Assembly (NCBI GenBank): GCA_022707705.1
Contig: JAKJAC010000009.1
Span: 373 to 47,440 of the forward strand
Source of the DNA: Chloroflexota bacterium
GTDB lineage: Bacteria; Chloroflexota; Anaerolineae; B4-G1; SLSP01
Reading direction: 5' to 3'
DNA length: 47,068 nucleotides
A model generated the notes under the pieces. That model was given only the letters and a program-made list of their open reading frames with translations. It was not told the DNA's origin and searched no databases. A program made the translations under genes and the position numbers. Below, piece after piece: positions 36,748 through 46,402 of this stretch. Every line of letters begins with the position of its first letter. Position 1 is the stretch's first letter.

Positions 36748-37599
36748 ATGCACATCACCAAAGCCGTGATCACTGCTGCCGCGCGCGCGCAGCGCCAGCT
36801 GCCACTGCAGACGTTGATTGACCGCGATGGCGCTGAGAAATCAGTATTAACCATCCTGATTGAGGAAGTCCTCAGTGCTGGGATAACGGAAATTGCCATT
36901 GTGGTGGCGCCCGGCGATGAGGTTACTTATGCTGCCGCCGCCGGGGAACATGCCGGATGTCTTACCTTTATCTCTCAGGTTGCGCCGTTGGGTTATGGGC
37001 ATGCCGTCTATTGCGCGCGCGACTTCGTGGGCATGGCGCCTTTCTTGCACCTTGTAGGAGACCATCTCTACGTGAGCGGTGGGGCGCAGGGATGCGCGCA
37101 GCAGCTAGTCGAGGCGGCGCGTGTCGAAGCCTGCGCCATCTCCGCCGTGCAGGCGACGCGTGAGACGCTTCTTCCCTATTACGGCGCTGTTGGTGGGCGG
37201 CGTGTAGCGGGTCGCAAGGACCTCTACCTCATTGAGACGGTTCTCGAAAAGCCAACTCCGACCGAGGCAGAGCTGCAGTTACTGGTTCCCGGTTTGCGTG
37301 CGGGTCACTACCTGTGTTTCTTTGGGATGCACGTGTTGACGCCTGCGGTGATGGAAATACTAGGTGCACTGTTGGCGCAGCGGATAACCGGGATCACACT
37401 TTCGGCAGCGTTAGCGGAGCTGGCGCGTCGCGAGAAATATCTTGCCCTTGAAGAGAATGCCGCGCGCTATGATGTGGGAGTCAAATACGGTTTGTTTACC
37501 GCGCAGCTGGCACTGGCTCTGAACGGCAGGGATCGCGAGTTGGTGCTTAGCCGGTTAGTGGAACTGCTGGCAACGCGCGTGGTGGAGTCGAACCTATGA
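36748..37599 (+). CDS. GalU-like sugar-nucleotidyltransferase-fold protein with a degenerate N-terminal signature
   Basis: The overall layout is GalU/RmlA-like: KAVITAA...[17 protein letters not shown]....GI.EI.IVV; GYGHAV; and a VGVKYG-type C-terminus. The canonical G-x-G-T-R loop reads AARAQR. The stop overlaps the next start (ATGA at 37596-37599). Confidence 0.6.
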   Translation: MHITKAVITAAARAQRQLPLQTLIDRDGAEKSVLTILIEEVLSAGITEIAIVVAPGDEVTYAAAAGEHAGCLTFISQVAPLGYGHAVYCARDFVGMAPFLHLVGDHLYVSGGAQGCAQQLVEAARVEACAISAVQATRETLLPYYGAVGGRRVAGRKDLYLIETVLEKPTPTEAELQLLVPGLRAGHYLCFFGMHVLTPAVMEILGALLAQRITGITLSAALAELARREKYLALEENAARYDVGVKYGLFTAQLALALNGRDRELVLSRLVELLATRVVESNL

Positions 37600-40500
37600 A
37601 TAGCGCTTCAAGGCCTGGCGCCCTGGTTTCCATCATCCGCGCCACCGATGCGGATGAACGTAATCGCTCTTTGGAGCATTTCTGCCGCGCAGCGGACCTG
37701 GAGACGATGCTAGCGGAGTGCAGCGCCCTGGAGACTTTCCGCCGCAGCAGTCAGAATCTCTACGAACGGGTGCGGGCGCTTTTCTTCCTGTACGCGCTCC
37801 ATCGCTTTCATCTGCCCCAACATGCGACGCTGCAACGCCGGGGATTGATTCCCTACGAGGGCTATGTTCACCTGCTCAATCGCCGTTTTGAGGAAGCTAT
37901 TGAGAGTTTCCTCGCGGCGCAAGCGCAGGAGGGTCCCTCGGAGGCGCTTTCCAGCGCACTGGCGGCAGCCTATCACCGGTTGGGATTCCAGACTCTGGCG
38001 GATCAGGTGCGACGGAGTGTGCGGTCGGTGCGCGGCAATCAGTGGATGTTCCGCATTGGGCATCCTGCGGATCACCCCCTGCGGGTGCGTCCAGAACTCT
38101 GCGCTGCTACCTCTGATGGGCTCTTCCCTCTGTTGCGTGAAGTCACCCCTGTGCGCATGGATTTGAGCCACAGCGGTTGGAGTGACATTTTCTTCCTGGG
38201 CATGGATTATCCTGAGGGCGCTCGGGTGCTCAATGTTTCCATTGACCTGGGTGTTCACGGACGCGATGCCGGTCCTCAGCCGCCAGTCGAGGCTTATTTC
38301 CGCGTGATTGATCGCCCCGTATTGCGATTGGTGAGCGTGGATCTGGGCGCTGTTGCTGAAATCACCACACTCCGCGAAATCTTTGACTTCGCCAAGGATT
38401 ATCTGGGTTTGCTCAAGGCGGCGATTATCGCAGCAGGGCTGATTCCGCCGGGCATGGAGGGGGCTGAGGAAGCTCTGGAAGAACTGCTTGCCCGTATGGT
38501 TGGACCTGGACGCGGTATCGAAATTGTCAGCGCCGTGAATGGCATCCCCAAAGGCTCGCGGTTAGCGGTATCCACAAGCCTGCTGGCGTGTTTGATTGCA
38601 GTCTGCATGCGGGCAACCGGGCAGACTCGCGCGCTCACCGGTGCGCTTGAGGAACACGAGCGGCGCCTGGTAGCGGCGCGGGCGATTTTGGGTGAATGGC
38701 TTGCCGGTTCTGGGGGTGGTTGGCAGGATTCGGGGGGCGTTTGGCCCGGCATGAAACTCATCACGGGCGAGCTCGCCGGTCCAGATGACCCGGAATTCGG
38801 CGTGAGCCGGGGGCGGTTGTTGCCGGGACATCACGTCCTGAATCTTGACGAAGTCAATGCCGCGACGCGGCAGCGCTTGCAGGAGAGTCTGGTGCTTGTG
38901 CATGGCGGCATGGCGCAGAATGTGGGTCCGATACTGGAGATGGTCACGGAGAAGTATCTGCTGCGCTCCGAGGCGGAATGGCGCGGACGCCAGGAAGCTT
39001 ACGGCATTTTCGACCAGATTGTAGCTTTGCTCAAGGCGGGGGATATTCAGGGCATTGGGAAGGCGACCACACAGAACTTCTTTGGTCCTCTCTGCACCGT
39101 CATTCCCTGGTCCACGAATTTCTACACAGAGCGCCTCATCGAGCAGGCTCAGGCGGCGTTTGGCGCTGACTTTTGGGGTTTCTGGATGCTTGGTGGGATG
39201 TCTGGCGGTGGGATGGGTTTCATCTTCGCGCCGGAGCGACGCGCCGAGGCTCAGACGCGTCTGTACGAGAGCATGTTGGCGACCAAACATGCCTTGGAAA
39301 CAGCCTTACCCTTTGCGATGGAACCGGTCGTCTATGATTTTGCAATCAATGATCGGGGGACTTTTGCGGAGCTGTGGGTCGGAGATATGGCGCTGATGCC
39401 TTCGGGCTATTATGCGTTGACGCTACCCGGAATGTTGCATCGCGACCCGCAGACGCTTTCACCCATGCGCCGCGCCGAGCTCGATCGCTTTGGAGCAGCG
39501 TGCCGCGGGCGTCCGGAACTTGCGGGGGTGGTGCAAATGCTCTTCGACCGGCTATTGCCTCACACACGCCAGGAAGCAAGCGAAGGGCTGCCGTTGGAAG
39601 CTGTGCTGGATGAATGGGGTTTTGACCGTCTGCAGCATGAACAGGTGCGCGCCGATTTGCGCGGCGGGCGAATTGGGCTGGCTCAGAACCGCCTGCCGGC
39701 GAGTACGGAAATCCGCGATGTGGCTTTCACCGACGTGACCGATGCCTCGGGAGGTCTGCCTGAGATGTTGCGGGACCTGGGCTTGCAGGCATTACATGAT
39801 GGCGCGGTCGCGGTTGTCACTCTCGCCGCTGGCGCTGGCAGCCGGTGGACGCAGGGCGCAGGCGTGGTCAAGGCGCTTAATCCCTTCTGCAAATTAGGCG
39901 GACGGCACCGTTCCTTTATCGAGGTGCATCTGGCAAAGAGCCGCCGCGTGAGCTTTGAAGTGGGCGTGCCCTTGCCGCACGTGATCACGACCGGTTATCT
40001 GACGCACACGCCTATCCAGGCTTACCTGGAAGTCAACGCCGGGCATGGCTATCCCGGTCCCTTGCTCCTCTCGCCGGGACGCGCGGTGGGGTTGCGTCTG
40101 GCGCCGATGACGCGGGACTTGCGTTTTGCCTGGGAGGAGATGCCTCAGCAGCTCCTGGATGAACAGGCGCAGAAGATGCGGGATAGCCTGCACGCGGCGC
40201 TCATCGCGTGGGCACAACAGGTGGGTGAGGGCAGCGATTATACCGATAATCTGCCGTTACAGTGTCTGCATCCGGTGGGGCATTGGTATGAGATTCCCAA
40301 TCTCTTCAAGAATGGCGTTCTGGCGCGTTTGCTCGCTGAGCGTCCGCAGTTGCGGGTGTTGATGCTGCACAACATTGACACCGTCGGTGCGGAGGTGGAC
40401 CCTGTGCTTCTGGGCGCGCATTTGCATTCCGGGGCGACGATGACCGTAGAAGTCATCACGCGCCGGGTGGAGGACCGTGGCGGTGGGTTGGCGCGAGTGG

Positions 40501-40931
40501 ATGGGCAGTTGCGGCTCATTGAGGGCTTAGCTTTGCCCCGTGAGGAGGACGAGTTCCGCCTCTCGTATTACAATTCCAATACTTTCTGGTTGGACATTGA
40601 CCGGCTGTTGGCGGTCTTTGGTTTGACACGGGATACCCTGCAAGAACCAGAACGGGTCACCGCAGCGGTGCGCGCGGTGGCGGCGCGGATGCCGACTTAC
40701 ATCACTCTCAAAGATGTGAAGAAGCGTTGGGGGCATGGTCAGGAGGATATTTTCCCTGTAGCGCAATTCGAAAAGCTCTGGGGTGATATGACGGCGCTGC
40801 CGGAAATGGCATGTCGTTATGTCGTTGTGCCGCGTTTACGGGGACAGCAGCTCAAAGAACCGGCGCAATTGGATGGTTGGCTTCGTGATGGGTCCGCAGC
40901 TTATCTGGAAACCCTTTGCGCCTGGGAGTAG
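37596..40931 (+). CDS. 1111-aa multidomain protein: unknown N-terminal domain, fucokinase-like GHMP kinase domain, UDPGP-family (UDP-sugar pyrophosphorylase-like) domain
   Basis: The GHMP kinase-like blocks are [42 protein letters not shown] and [15 protein letters not shown]. The UDPGP-like blocks are [42 protein letters not shown] and [15 protein letters not shown]. The first 300 aa or so are unassigned. Confidence 0.65.
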   Translation: MNSASRPGALVSIIRATDADERNRSLEHFCRAADLETMLAECSALETFRRSSQNLYERVRALFFLYALHRFHLPQHATLQRRGLIPYEGYVHLLNRRFEEAIESFLAAQAQEGPSEALSSALAAAYHRLGFQTLADQVRRSVRSVRGNQWMFRIGHPADHPLRVRPELCAATSDGLFPLLREVTPVRMDLSHSGWSDIFFLGMDYPEGARVLNVSIDLGVHGRDAGPQPPVEAYFRVIDRPVLRLVSVDLGAVAEITTLREIFDFAKDYLGLLKAAIIAAGLIPPGMEGAEEALEELLARMVGPGRGIEIVSAVNGIPKGSRLAVSTSLLACLIAVCMRATGQTRALTGALEEHERRLVAARAILGEWLAGSGGGWQDSGGVWPGMKLITGELAGPDDPEFGVSRGRLLPGHHVLNLDEVNAATRQRLQESLVLVHGGMAQNVGPILEMVTEKYLLRSEAEWRGRQEAYGIFDQIVALLKAGDIQGIGKATTQNFFGPLCTVIPWSTNFYTERLIEQAQAAFGADFWGFWMLGGMSGGGMGFIFAPERRAEAQTRLYESMLATKHALETALPFAMEPVVYDFAINDRGTFAELWVGDMALMPSGYYALTLPGMLHRDPQTLSPMRRAELDRFGAACRGRPELAGVVQMLFDRLLPHTRQEASEGLPLEAVLDEWGFDRLQHEQVRADLRGGRIGLAQNRLPASTEIRDVAFTDVTDASGGLPEMLRDLGLQALHDGAVAVVTLAAGAGSRWTQGAGVVKALNPFCKLGGRHRSFIEVHLAKSRRVSFEVGVPLPHVITTGYLTHTPIQAYLEVNAGHGYPGPLLLSPGRAVGLRLAPMTRDLRFAWEEMPQQLLDEQAQKMRDSLHAALIAWAQQVGEGSDYTDNLPLQCLHPVGHWYEIPNLFKNGVLARLLAERPQLRVLMLHNIDTVGAEVDPVLLGAHLHSGATMTVEVITRRVEDRGGGLARVDGQLRLIEGLALPREEDEFRLSYYNSNTFWLDIDRLLAVFGLTRDTLQEPERVTAAVRAVAARMPTYITLKDVKKRWGHGQEDIFPVAQFEKLWGDMTALPEMACRYVVVPRLRGQQLKEPAQLDGWLRDGSAAYLETLCAWE

Positions 40932-40953
40932 CGCCTGGATTACTCTTATCACG

Positions 40954-41847
40954 CTAGTTTCTTCGCCACACCATACGGTTCTCCTCCATCTCTACAGCTG
41001 CTGCCCCTGCTCGCTGTAGCGAGGTCAGCGCTGCGTGGATTGTGGTTAGCGCGAGCAGGTAGAATTGCGGTGCAGCAAAGGTGACGTCGAAGTGTGCGGC
41101 GACAGCGCGTAGCACTGCCGCTGATTCATGGTGCTCAGCAAGCGCTTCCCACGCCTGGTCGCGGATTTCCCGCAATCGCGCCGCGTTTGCCTCCGCCAGC
41201 GTGGCGATTGCCTGTACCGGTTCTCCATGTCCCGGAACAAAGTGTGTATAGGGCAAATCTGACAATCCGGTGAGTGTCTCCAACCAGGCATCCAGGTCGG
41301 CGCAGAAGAGGATAGGGTGTCGCGCCAGCGTTTCCTCAGGGAAGACGACATCCCCGCAGTAAAGCACGTCACCATAAGCCACGCCCAGCTGCGCTGGCGC
41401 ATGCCCGGGCAAAGGAATCAGGTGCAGCTCTAGCCCTGCAAGCGTCAGTGCTCCGGGCGCTATTGCTTCGATACGAGGCACGAGTTCCTGTGCGAGGGTG
41501 AATTTACCCTGCAATTCCTTGATGGGCGCTGCACCACCATAGAGAAACAGCGGTTCTAGTAGGGGGTGTTTGGCGAAAACGCCCTCCAACGCCGGGGCAT
41601 AGATGGGGATACCGCGTTCTCCAAGCCAACCTGCGCCGCCGAAATGATCGGCGTGCCCGTGTGTGATTACCAGCGCTTCCAGATGTGCGCCTTGTGCCTC
41701 GATCTGCCGCAACGCTTTTTTCGAGACGCTGCGATCCAGCCCCGCGTCCACCATGATGGCGCGCTCCCCACAGGCGATAACACCGATATTCGAGCCGCCC
41801 AAGAGGGCATGGGCGCCAGCGCCAAAGTCGAGCCAGTTTGCGTTCAT
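40954..41847 (-). CDS. MBL-fold metallo-hydrolase
   Basis: VITHGHADHFGG is the HxHxDH motif, and later His/Asp ligands are present (PLPGHAP, GDVVF, VPGHGEP). The ATG at 41847 gives an N-terminus of typical length. The ORF-track start at 42057 would overlap the amylase gene. Confidence 0.75.
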   Translation of the reverse strand: MNANWLDFGAGAHALLGGSNIGVIACGERAIMVDAGLDRSVSKKALRQIEAQGAHLEALVITHGHADHFGGAGWLGERGIPIYAPALEGVFAKHPLLEPLFLYGGAAPIKELQGKFTLAQELVPRIEAIAPGALTLAGLELHLIPLPGHAPAQLGVAYGDVLYCGDVVFPEETLARHPILFCADLDAWLETLTGLSDLPYTHFVPGHGEPVQAIATLAEANAARLREIRDQAWEALAEHHESAAVLRAVAAHFDVTFAAPQFYLLALTTIHAALTSLQRAGAAAVEMEENRMVWRRN

Positions 41848-41905
41848 AAGCGCTCCCAAATGCGAAAAGATTCGTTGCCAGCGGGCGTCAGTGTCTTTAG
41901 CAGCA

Positions 41906-43699
41906 TCACCCGTCACGCAAGAATTGCAGCACCACGCTCCCGTAGGGTGGAATGACCTCCACGGGGCGATAGGGAAAGAAACCACCTGCAACGTTGATTT
42001 CTGGCGTGTAGAGTTCACCCTCTCCCAGGAGCAGCGCCGGTTGCGCCCCCGGGGCAAAGGGTCCTACTTCCAGGCTTAGGCTGTAATCATCTGCCGGTCT
42101 CCCACTCAGATTGACCACGATGAGCAGGATTTCGTTCTCAGTCGAGCGCAGCGTGCTGTAAACCTGCATGCGATCGGATTCGACCGGTTGCCATGCGCCG
42201 GTTCGCAGCGCTTCGTGTTGGTTGCGCAGATGAATCAGTGCCCGATAGTGGCTGAGCAGCGAATCTGGATCTGCGCTTTGACCCGCAATGTGACGTTCCT
42301 GGTAATCTTCGTAGTAATCACGCCAGGGGATCCCCGTAGTGAAACCCCCATCCGCATTCCATTGAAGGGGGCGGCGAATGTTCTCATCAGGTTTGGCGCC
42401 CGACATGCCGATCTCCTCGCCGTAGTAGATAAAGGGCACGCCGCCAAAGGTCAGCTGCAACGTCGCCGCGACATTGGCTTGCTCATCATTTGCCAGCTGG
42501 GAGCGCGTCCGTGCTTGATCGTGATTGGCGAGGAATGTGGCATATTGCCCCGGTGGGTAGCTGGCGATGATTTTCTCCTGTGCGACTTGCAATGCCAGTG
42601 GGCGTGCATTGAAGGCGGTTTTGAGCATTGCTTCTGCCAGGTCGAATTCGAAGGCGAGATCCACTTTATCCCCAATATAGGCGACGACCTGCTCCGTATT
42701 GCTCCACACTTCACCCACGGTCAGTGCATTGGGATTGATGTCCTTGTAGAAGACGTAGAAATCCTCGAACCAGGCGAGTGTGCCTGGCGTGTTCTCCAGC
42801 ACGCCATTTTCCTCGATCAGATGCTTGATGGCATCGAGGCGGAAGCCATCCACGCCCATCTCCTCTAGCCAGAAGCGAATCACATCTTGCATCGCCGCCG
42901 TGACCTCGGGATTTTCGTAGTTGAGATCGGGCATTTGATCCCAGAAATAGCCGTAGTAATAGCCGTTGCCCAGGTCCTGATGCCATCCCTCGCCGGTCGG
43001 GAGTTCGTTGGACCAGACATACCAATCTCGCCGTAGGGAGTTGGGATCGCGCGATTCCTGGAACCAGGGGTGCTGTGTGGAAGTGTGGTTGAGCACCAGG
43101 TCAATGATAACGCGGATGCCGCGCGCGTGCGCCTCGGTCATCAATTGCTGGAAATCTGCATTGGTGCCGTATTCGTCATCCACGGTATAGTAATCTGCGA
43201 CATCGTAGCCGTGGTAGCTGGGCGATTGATGGATGGGCATAAGCCAGATACCGGTGATCCCCAGGTCGTCATCGGTGGTGGGGTCGCCGTCGTTGAGATA
43301 GTCGAGCTTTTGTATAAGCCCTTGCAGGTCGCCCACACCGTCGCCATCGCTATCGTAGAAGCTGCGCACGAAGACCTCGTAGAAGACGGCATCGTTCCAC
43401 CAGGGCATAGCGCCTCTGTTTGAGAGCGGGACGCCATCGAAGCCCACGGGAGACATGGGTTCCGCCGTGCGCGCTTCGGCAGGAATGAAGTTGACCGGTG
43501 TGGTAGGGCGCGCGGTGGGCGTGGGGGCAGGTGTTGCGGTAGGTCGTGAAGTCGGCGCCGGGGTGAGGGTTGCTGTGGGTGGGATGGAGGTTTCTGTGGG
43601 CGGCGTCTCCGCTGCAGGCGGTCCTTCAGTTGCCGGGCAGCCCGTCAAGAGCAAAGCCAATAATAACCAACCGCAAATCGCCAGGCGCGCGTTTTTCAT
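41906..43699 (-). CDS. GH13 alpha-amylase-family glycoside hydrolase, lipoprotein with a TP linker
   Basis: GH13 regions are present: VILDLVLNHTS-type (VIIDLVLNHTS), DGFRLDAIKH, VGEVW and FLANHDQ. MKNARLAICGWLLLALLLTGC provides the signal and lipobox. The ATG at 43699 is preceded by GGAGG. Confidence 0.85.
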   Translation of the reverse strand: MKNARLAICGWLLLALLLTGCPATEGPPAAETPPTETSIPPTATLTPAPTSRPTATPAPTPTARPTTPVNFIPAEARTAEPMSPVGFDGVPLSNRGAMPWWNDAVFYEVFVRSFYDSDGDGVGDLQGLIQKLDYLNDGDPTTDDDLGITGIWLMPIHQSPSYHGYDVADYYTVDDEYGTNADFQQLMTEAHARGIRVIIDLVLNHTSTQHPWFQESRDPNSLRRDWYVWSNELPTGEGWHQDLGNGYYYGYFWDQMPDLNYENPEVTAAMQDVIRFWLEEMGVDGFRLDAIKHLIEENGVLENTPGTLAWFEDFYVFYKDINPNALTVGEVWSNTEQVVAYIGDKVDLAFEFDLAEAMLKTAFNARPLALQVAQEKIIASYPPGQYATFLANHDQARTRSQLANDEQANVAATLQLTFGGVPFIYYGEEIGMSGAKPDENIRRPLQWNADGGFTTGIPWRDYYEDYQERHIAGQSADPDSLLSHYRALIHLRNQHEALRTGAWQPVESDRMQVYSTLRSTENEILLIVVNLSGRPADDYSLSLEVGPFAPGAQPALLLGEGELYTPEINVAGGFFPYRPVEVIPPYGSVVLQFLRDG

Positions 43700-43757
43700 G
43701 GAGGACCTCCCAAATATTGTACCTGATAGATCCGAGGTGAATCGCAACTGCAAAATC

Positions 43758-43786
43758 GTTATAGCCGGACTCGCGCGAATTGTCAA
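43758..43786 (-). promoter_or_regulatory. sigma70-type promoter of the amylase gene
   Basis: On the minus strand: TTGACA (43786-43781), a 17-nt spacer, then TATAAC (43763-43758). It lies inside the over-extended ORF-track N-terminus, which supports the 43699 start. Confidence 0.55.
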
Positions 43787-43876
43787 CTGTGTTACACTTT
43801 TTGGTGACCAGTGTCTGATGGCCGGCGACCGGTTATGGCTCTTGATTCTTCGATCTCTGACTCTTGTGAGGGTTCT

Positions 43877-45274
43877 ATGCGCCTTTTTGAGATTTTGCTC
43901 GTCGTGGTGATGGGAGCAGCGCTAATCGCTGAATTGCGTCGTGGCATTCGTGGCTACCGGCGCGCCGATGCTGCGCGCGCCGTCGTGCTTCTGACCGTGG
44001 CGCAGTTGCTTCGGGAAGGCTATCGCTGGCAGCTCTTGCCACTCTATGTGTTGGTGGGGGCGCTCTTCCTACCGGCGGCGTTTCCCCGGCGTCAGGTGCT
44101 CGCGCCGCCTCCGTGGCGCAAAGTCATTGTGATTGCAGCGTTAGCGCTTTTGGGCGTGGGCGTACTGCTGGCGGTGCTTTTGCCGGTACCCCGTCTGCCA
44201 CAACCAGAGGGTCCTTATCGCGTGGGCACGATTACCTATCACTGGGTGGATGATTCTCGCCCCGAGGTTTACGGTGAATCACTCACCGGAAATCGGGAAT
44301 TGATGGTGCAGGTGTGGTATCCGGCGGAACCACAGACCGGTGTGCGAGCAGAACGCTGGTTGGTGGATGGCACGCCTATGGCACGCGCTCTCGCTCGCTG
44401 GGGAAACATGCCTGAGTGGTTGCTGGATCAACTGGCACTGATGCGGACACACAGTTATGCCGGCGCTCCCGCGGTGACAGCAGCTGCGCCCTATCCGGTG
44501 GTGCTCTATGTCCATGGTTGGGGCGGTTTCCGCAATATCAACCAAGATCAGCTGGAGGCGCTTGCCTCACAGGGCTACGTGGTGGTCAGCGCCGACCATG
44601 CCTACGGGGCTTTGCGTTCGGTCTACCCTGATGGACGTGTGGCGGAAAACAACCCCGAGGCGTTGCGCGGAAAACGTGGCGAAGCTGAATTCACTGCGAG
44701 TTCGCGGGCGCTGGTGGCAACCTATGCCGCCGATGCGCGTTTTGTGCTGGAGCAGCTGCCGGCGTTGAACGCAAGCGGTCCCCTTGTGGGGCTTTTCGAC
44801 TTTGAGCAGCTGGGCATATTTGGACACTCCACCGGCGGGGGCGCGGCGATGGCAGTGTGTGCTGTGGATGCGCGCTGCAAGGCGGTGTTGGGCATGGATA
44901 CCTGGATCGAACCGGTGGATGAAGCAATCATCGCTACCGGGTTGGCCCAACCGGCGCTCTTCCTCAATAGCGAAGCCTGGTTCACGGGTCCCAACCGAGA
45001 GGTGTTGGAGGGCTTCTATGGACGCCTCGCCGGTCCTGCCTATTGGATGGATATTGCAGGCAGTGTCCACTACGACTTCACGCTTGTGGCGGTGTTCTCC
45101 CCGTTGAGCCAGGCATTGGGAGTGCGTGGTGCACTGCCCGGGCAGCAGGCGCTTGCCATCAACCGCGCTTATCTGGTCGCGTTCTTCGATGCAACGCTCA
45201 AAGGTATTCCCTCACCCTTGCTGGAAGCTCCTGCGGCGGAGTTCCCAGAGGTCAGTTTTGGGGAGAGGCGTTAA
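43877..45274 (+). CDS. membrane-anchored alpha/beta hydrolase (PAF-acetylhydrolase / lipase-like)
   Basis: N-terminal TM helices are followed by VVLYVHGWGG and the nucleophile elbow GIFGHSTGGGAA. The ATG at 43877 is preceded by GAGGG. Earlier GTG and ATG starts are possible. Confidence 0.65.
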   Translation: MRLFEILLVVVMGAALIAELRRGIRGYRRADAARAVVLLTVAQLLREGYRWQLLPLYVLVGALFLPAAFPRRQVLAPPPWRKVIVIAALALLGVGVLLAVLLPVPRLPQPEGPYRVGTITYHWVDDSRPEVYGESLTGNRELMVQVWYPAEPQTGVRAERWLVDGTPMARALARWGNMPEWLLDQLALMRTHSYAGAPAVTAAAPYPVVLYVHGWGGFRNINQDQLEALASQGYVVVSADHAYGALRSVYPDGRVAENNPEALRGKRGEAEFTASSRALVATYAADARFVLEQLPALNASGPLVGLFDFEQLGIFGHSTGGGAAMAVCAVDARCKAVLGMDTWIEPVDEAIIATGLAQPALFLNSEAWFTGPNREVLEGFYGRLAGPAYWMDIAGSVHYDFTLVAVFSPLSQALGVRGALPGQQALAINRAYLVAFFDATLKGIPSPLLEAPAAEFPEVSFGERR

Positions 45275-46154
45275 TCACTTTTGTACTGTTGGGCTGCGAC
45301 CCTTCTACCCAGCTGATGATGTATTCGGTATTGGAATCTGGCGGCGTGGGAAAAGGCTGGGCCTGCCAGCTGCCCTGTAGTCCCAATGCGTTAGCCGTGA
45401 GCGCAAAGTGGCTCATCGTGATGCCAATATCCACCCGTTGCAGGTCGATCGCCGTCACGAGTTTCATCTGTTTACGGTAGTTTGAATTGTGCTGCAGGAA
45501 GAAGTGCCATGCTCCTGCGGCTTTGACCACTCGCCAGGGTTGCCGGTTGGAGGCTGAGGGACCCAACCGCACCAGCTCCAATGCCTCGGTGTAAACACCC
45601 GCTTCTGCTGCGGAGAGGGGTGTGGCAAAGTCGTGATTGAAGAAGAGCTGTTCCCACGGCAAGCGCCGGTCCGAACCAGCGCCGCTACGAATGAAGCGAT
45701 CCACAAACCGGGGGCTTTCGGCGGGCAATCCGGCGGCGATGACAGCGGGCAGCAGCTCTCCCTCGCGGAGCGCCATCGCGCGGGCGAAGCTGCTGCGGGT
45801 GAAGCTGCCACCCAACCAGCAAGTCCCCAATCCCAAGGCTGTGGCTCGTAGCACAATCGTTTCCAGCAGGTAGCCGAAATCCTCCAGATTATAACGATCC
45901 TGCTTCACGGCGCCGAGAATGAAAGCAGTGGGATTCCTGATGAAGCCATACGTTCCCAAGCCTTTGAGCGCGGCGCGATCCTCCTCCGTGGCGCTGATAA
46001 GCAGAAAGCGTGTCTCAGCGCCAAGCGGTCCGCGCGTCTGCGTCGCGCAGAAATCAGCCAGCTGCGCCCGGACCTCCGGTGGCATCGGCGCCTTTTCATA
46101 GCTGCGGCAGGAGGTGCGCTGCCGTATCACTGCGGTGATGGTGTCTTCATCCAT
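45252..46154 (-). CDS. nitroreductase-family protein
   Basis: RTSCRSYEK, GPSASNRQPWR and LGLGTCWLGG are typical of nitroreductase-fold flavoenzymes. The ATG at 46154 is preceded by GAGGAG. The 3' end overlaps the convergent 43877-45274 gene by 23 nt. Confidence 0.7.
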   Translation of the reverse strand: MDEDTITAVIRQRTSCRSYEKAPMPPEVRAQLADFCATQTRGPLGAETRFLLISATEEDRAALKGLGTYGFIRNPTAFILGAVKQDRYNLEDFGYLLETIVLRATALGLGTCWLGGSFTRSSFARAMALREGELLPAVIAAGLPAESPRFVDRFIRSGAGSDRRLPWEQLFFNHDFATPLSAAEAGVYTEALELVRLGPSASNRQPWRVVKAAGAWHFFLQHNSNYRKQMKLVTAIDLQRVDIGITMSHFALTANALGLQGSWQAQPFPTPPDSNTEYIISWVEGSQPNSTKVINASPQN

Positions 46155-46284
46155 GAAAGGTCTCCTCTGTACGTTTGACATAGCTTGTACACCACCCCTT
46201 TGCTCTTGAGTGGTGTACACGAGCTGCAGCACCGTGATTTAGCGTAGCACGAAAACTCAAAATTGCGAATGGTCGAGATGGTAT

Positions 46285-46298
46285 TGGGAGCGCTCTCA
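46285..46298. promoter_or_regulatory. LacI-family operator-like palindrome O1
   Basis: TGGGAGCGCTCTCA fits the TGnnAnCGnTnnCA half-site symmetry and has a perfect GAGCGCTC core. Confidence 0.55.
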
Positions 46299-46330
46299 GA
46301 CCCATTTATCAGAAATCGCATCCAAATCTA

Positions 46331-46359
46331 TTGACACGACCTTCAGAATCGAGTATAGT
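46331..46359 (+). promoter_or_regulatory. sigma70-type promoter of the lacI-family gene
   Basis: TTGACA (46331-46336), a 17-nt spacer, then TATAGT (46354-46359). Confidence 0.6.
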
Positions 46360-46364
46360 AGATA

Positions 46365-46378
46365 TGGGAGCGCTTCCA
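46365..46378. promoter_or_regulatory. LacI-family operator-like palindrome O2
   Basis: TGGGAGCGCTTCCA lies 6 nt downstream of the -10 hexamer and overlaps the predicted transcription start. Confidence 0.55.
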
Positions 46379-46402
46379 TACAGTCTGATGAGGGGGACAC
46401 CG

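Noticed and set aside
45252-45274. The 23-nt overlap of the convergent hydrolase and nitroreductase genes as a regulatory antisense arrangement
   Set aside because: Short 3'-3' overlaps are common in compact genomes, and no structure or motif is visible. It is noted only as a coordinate detail.
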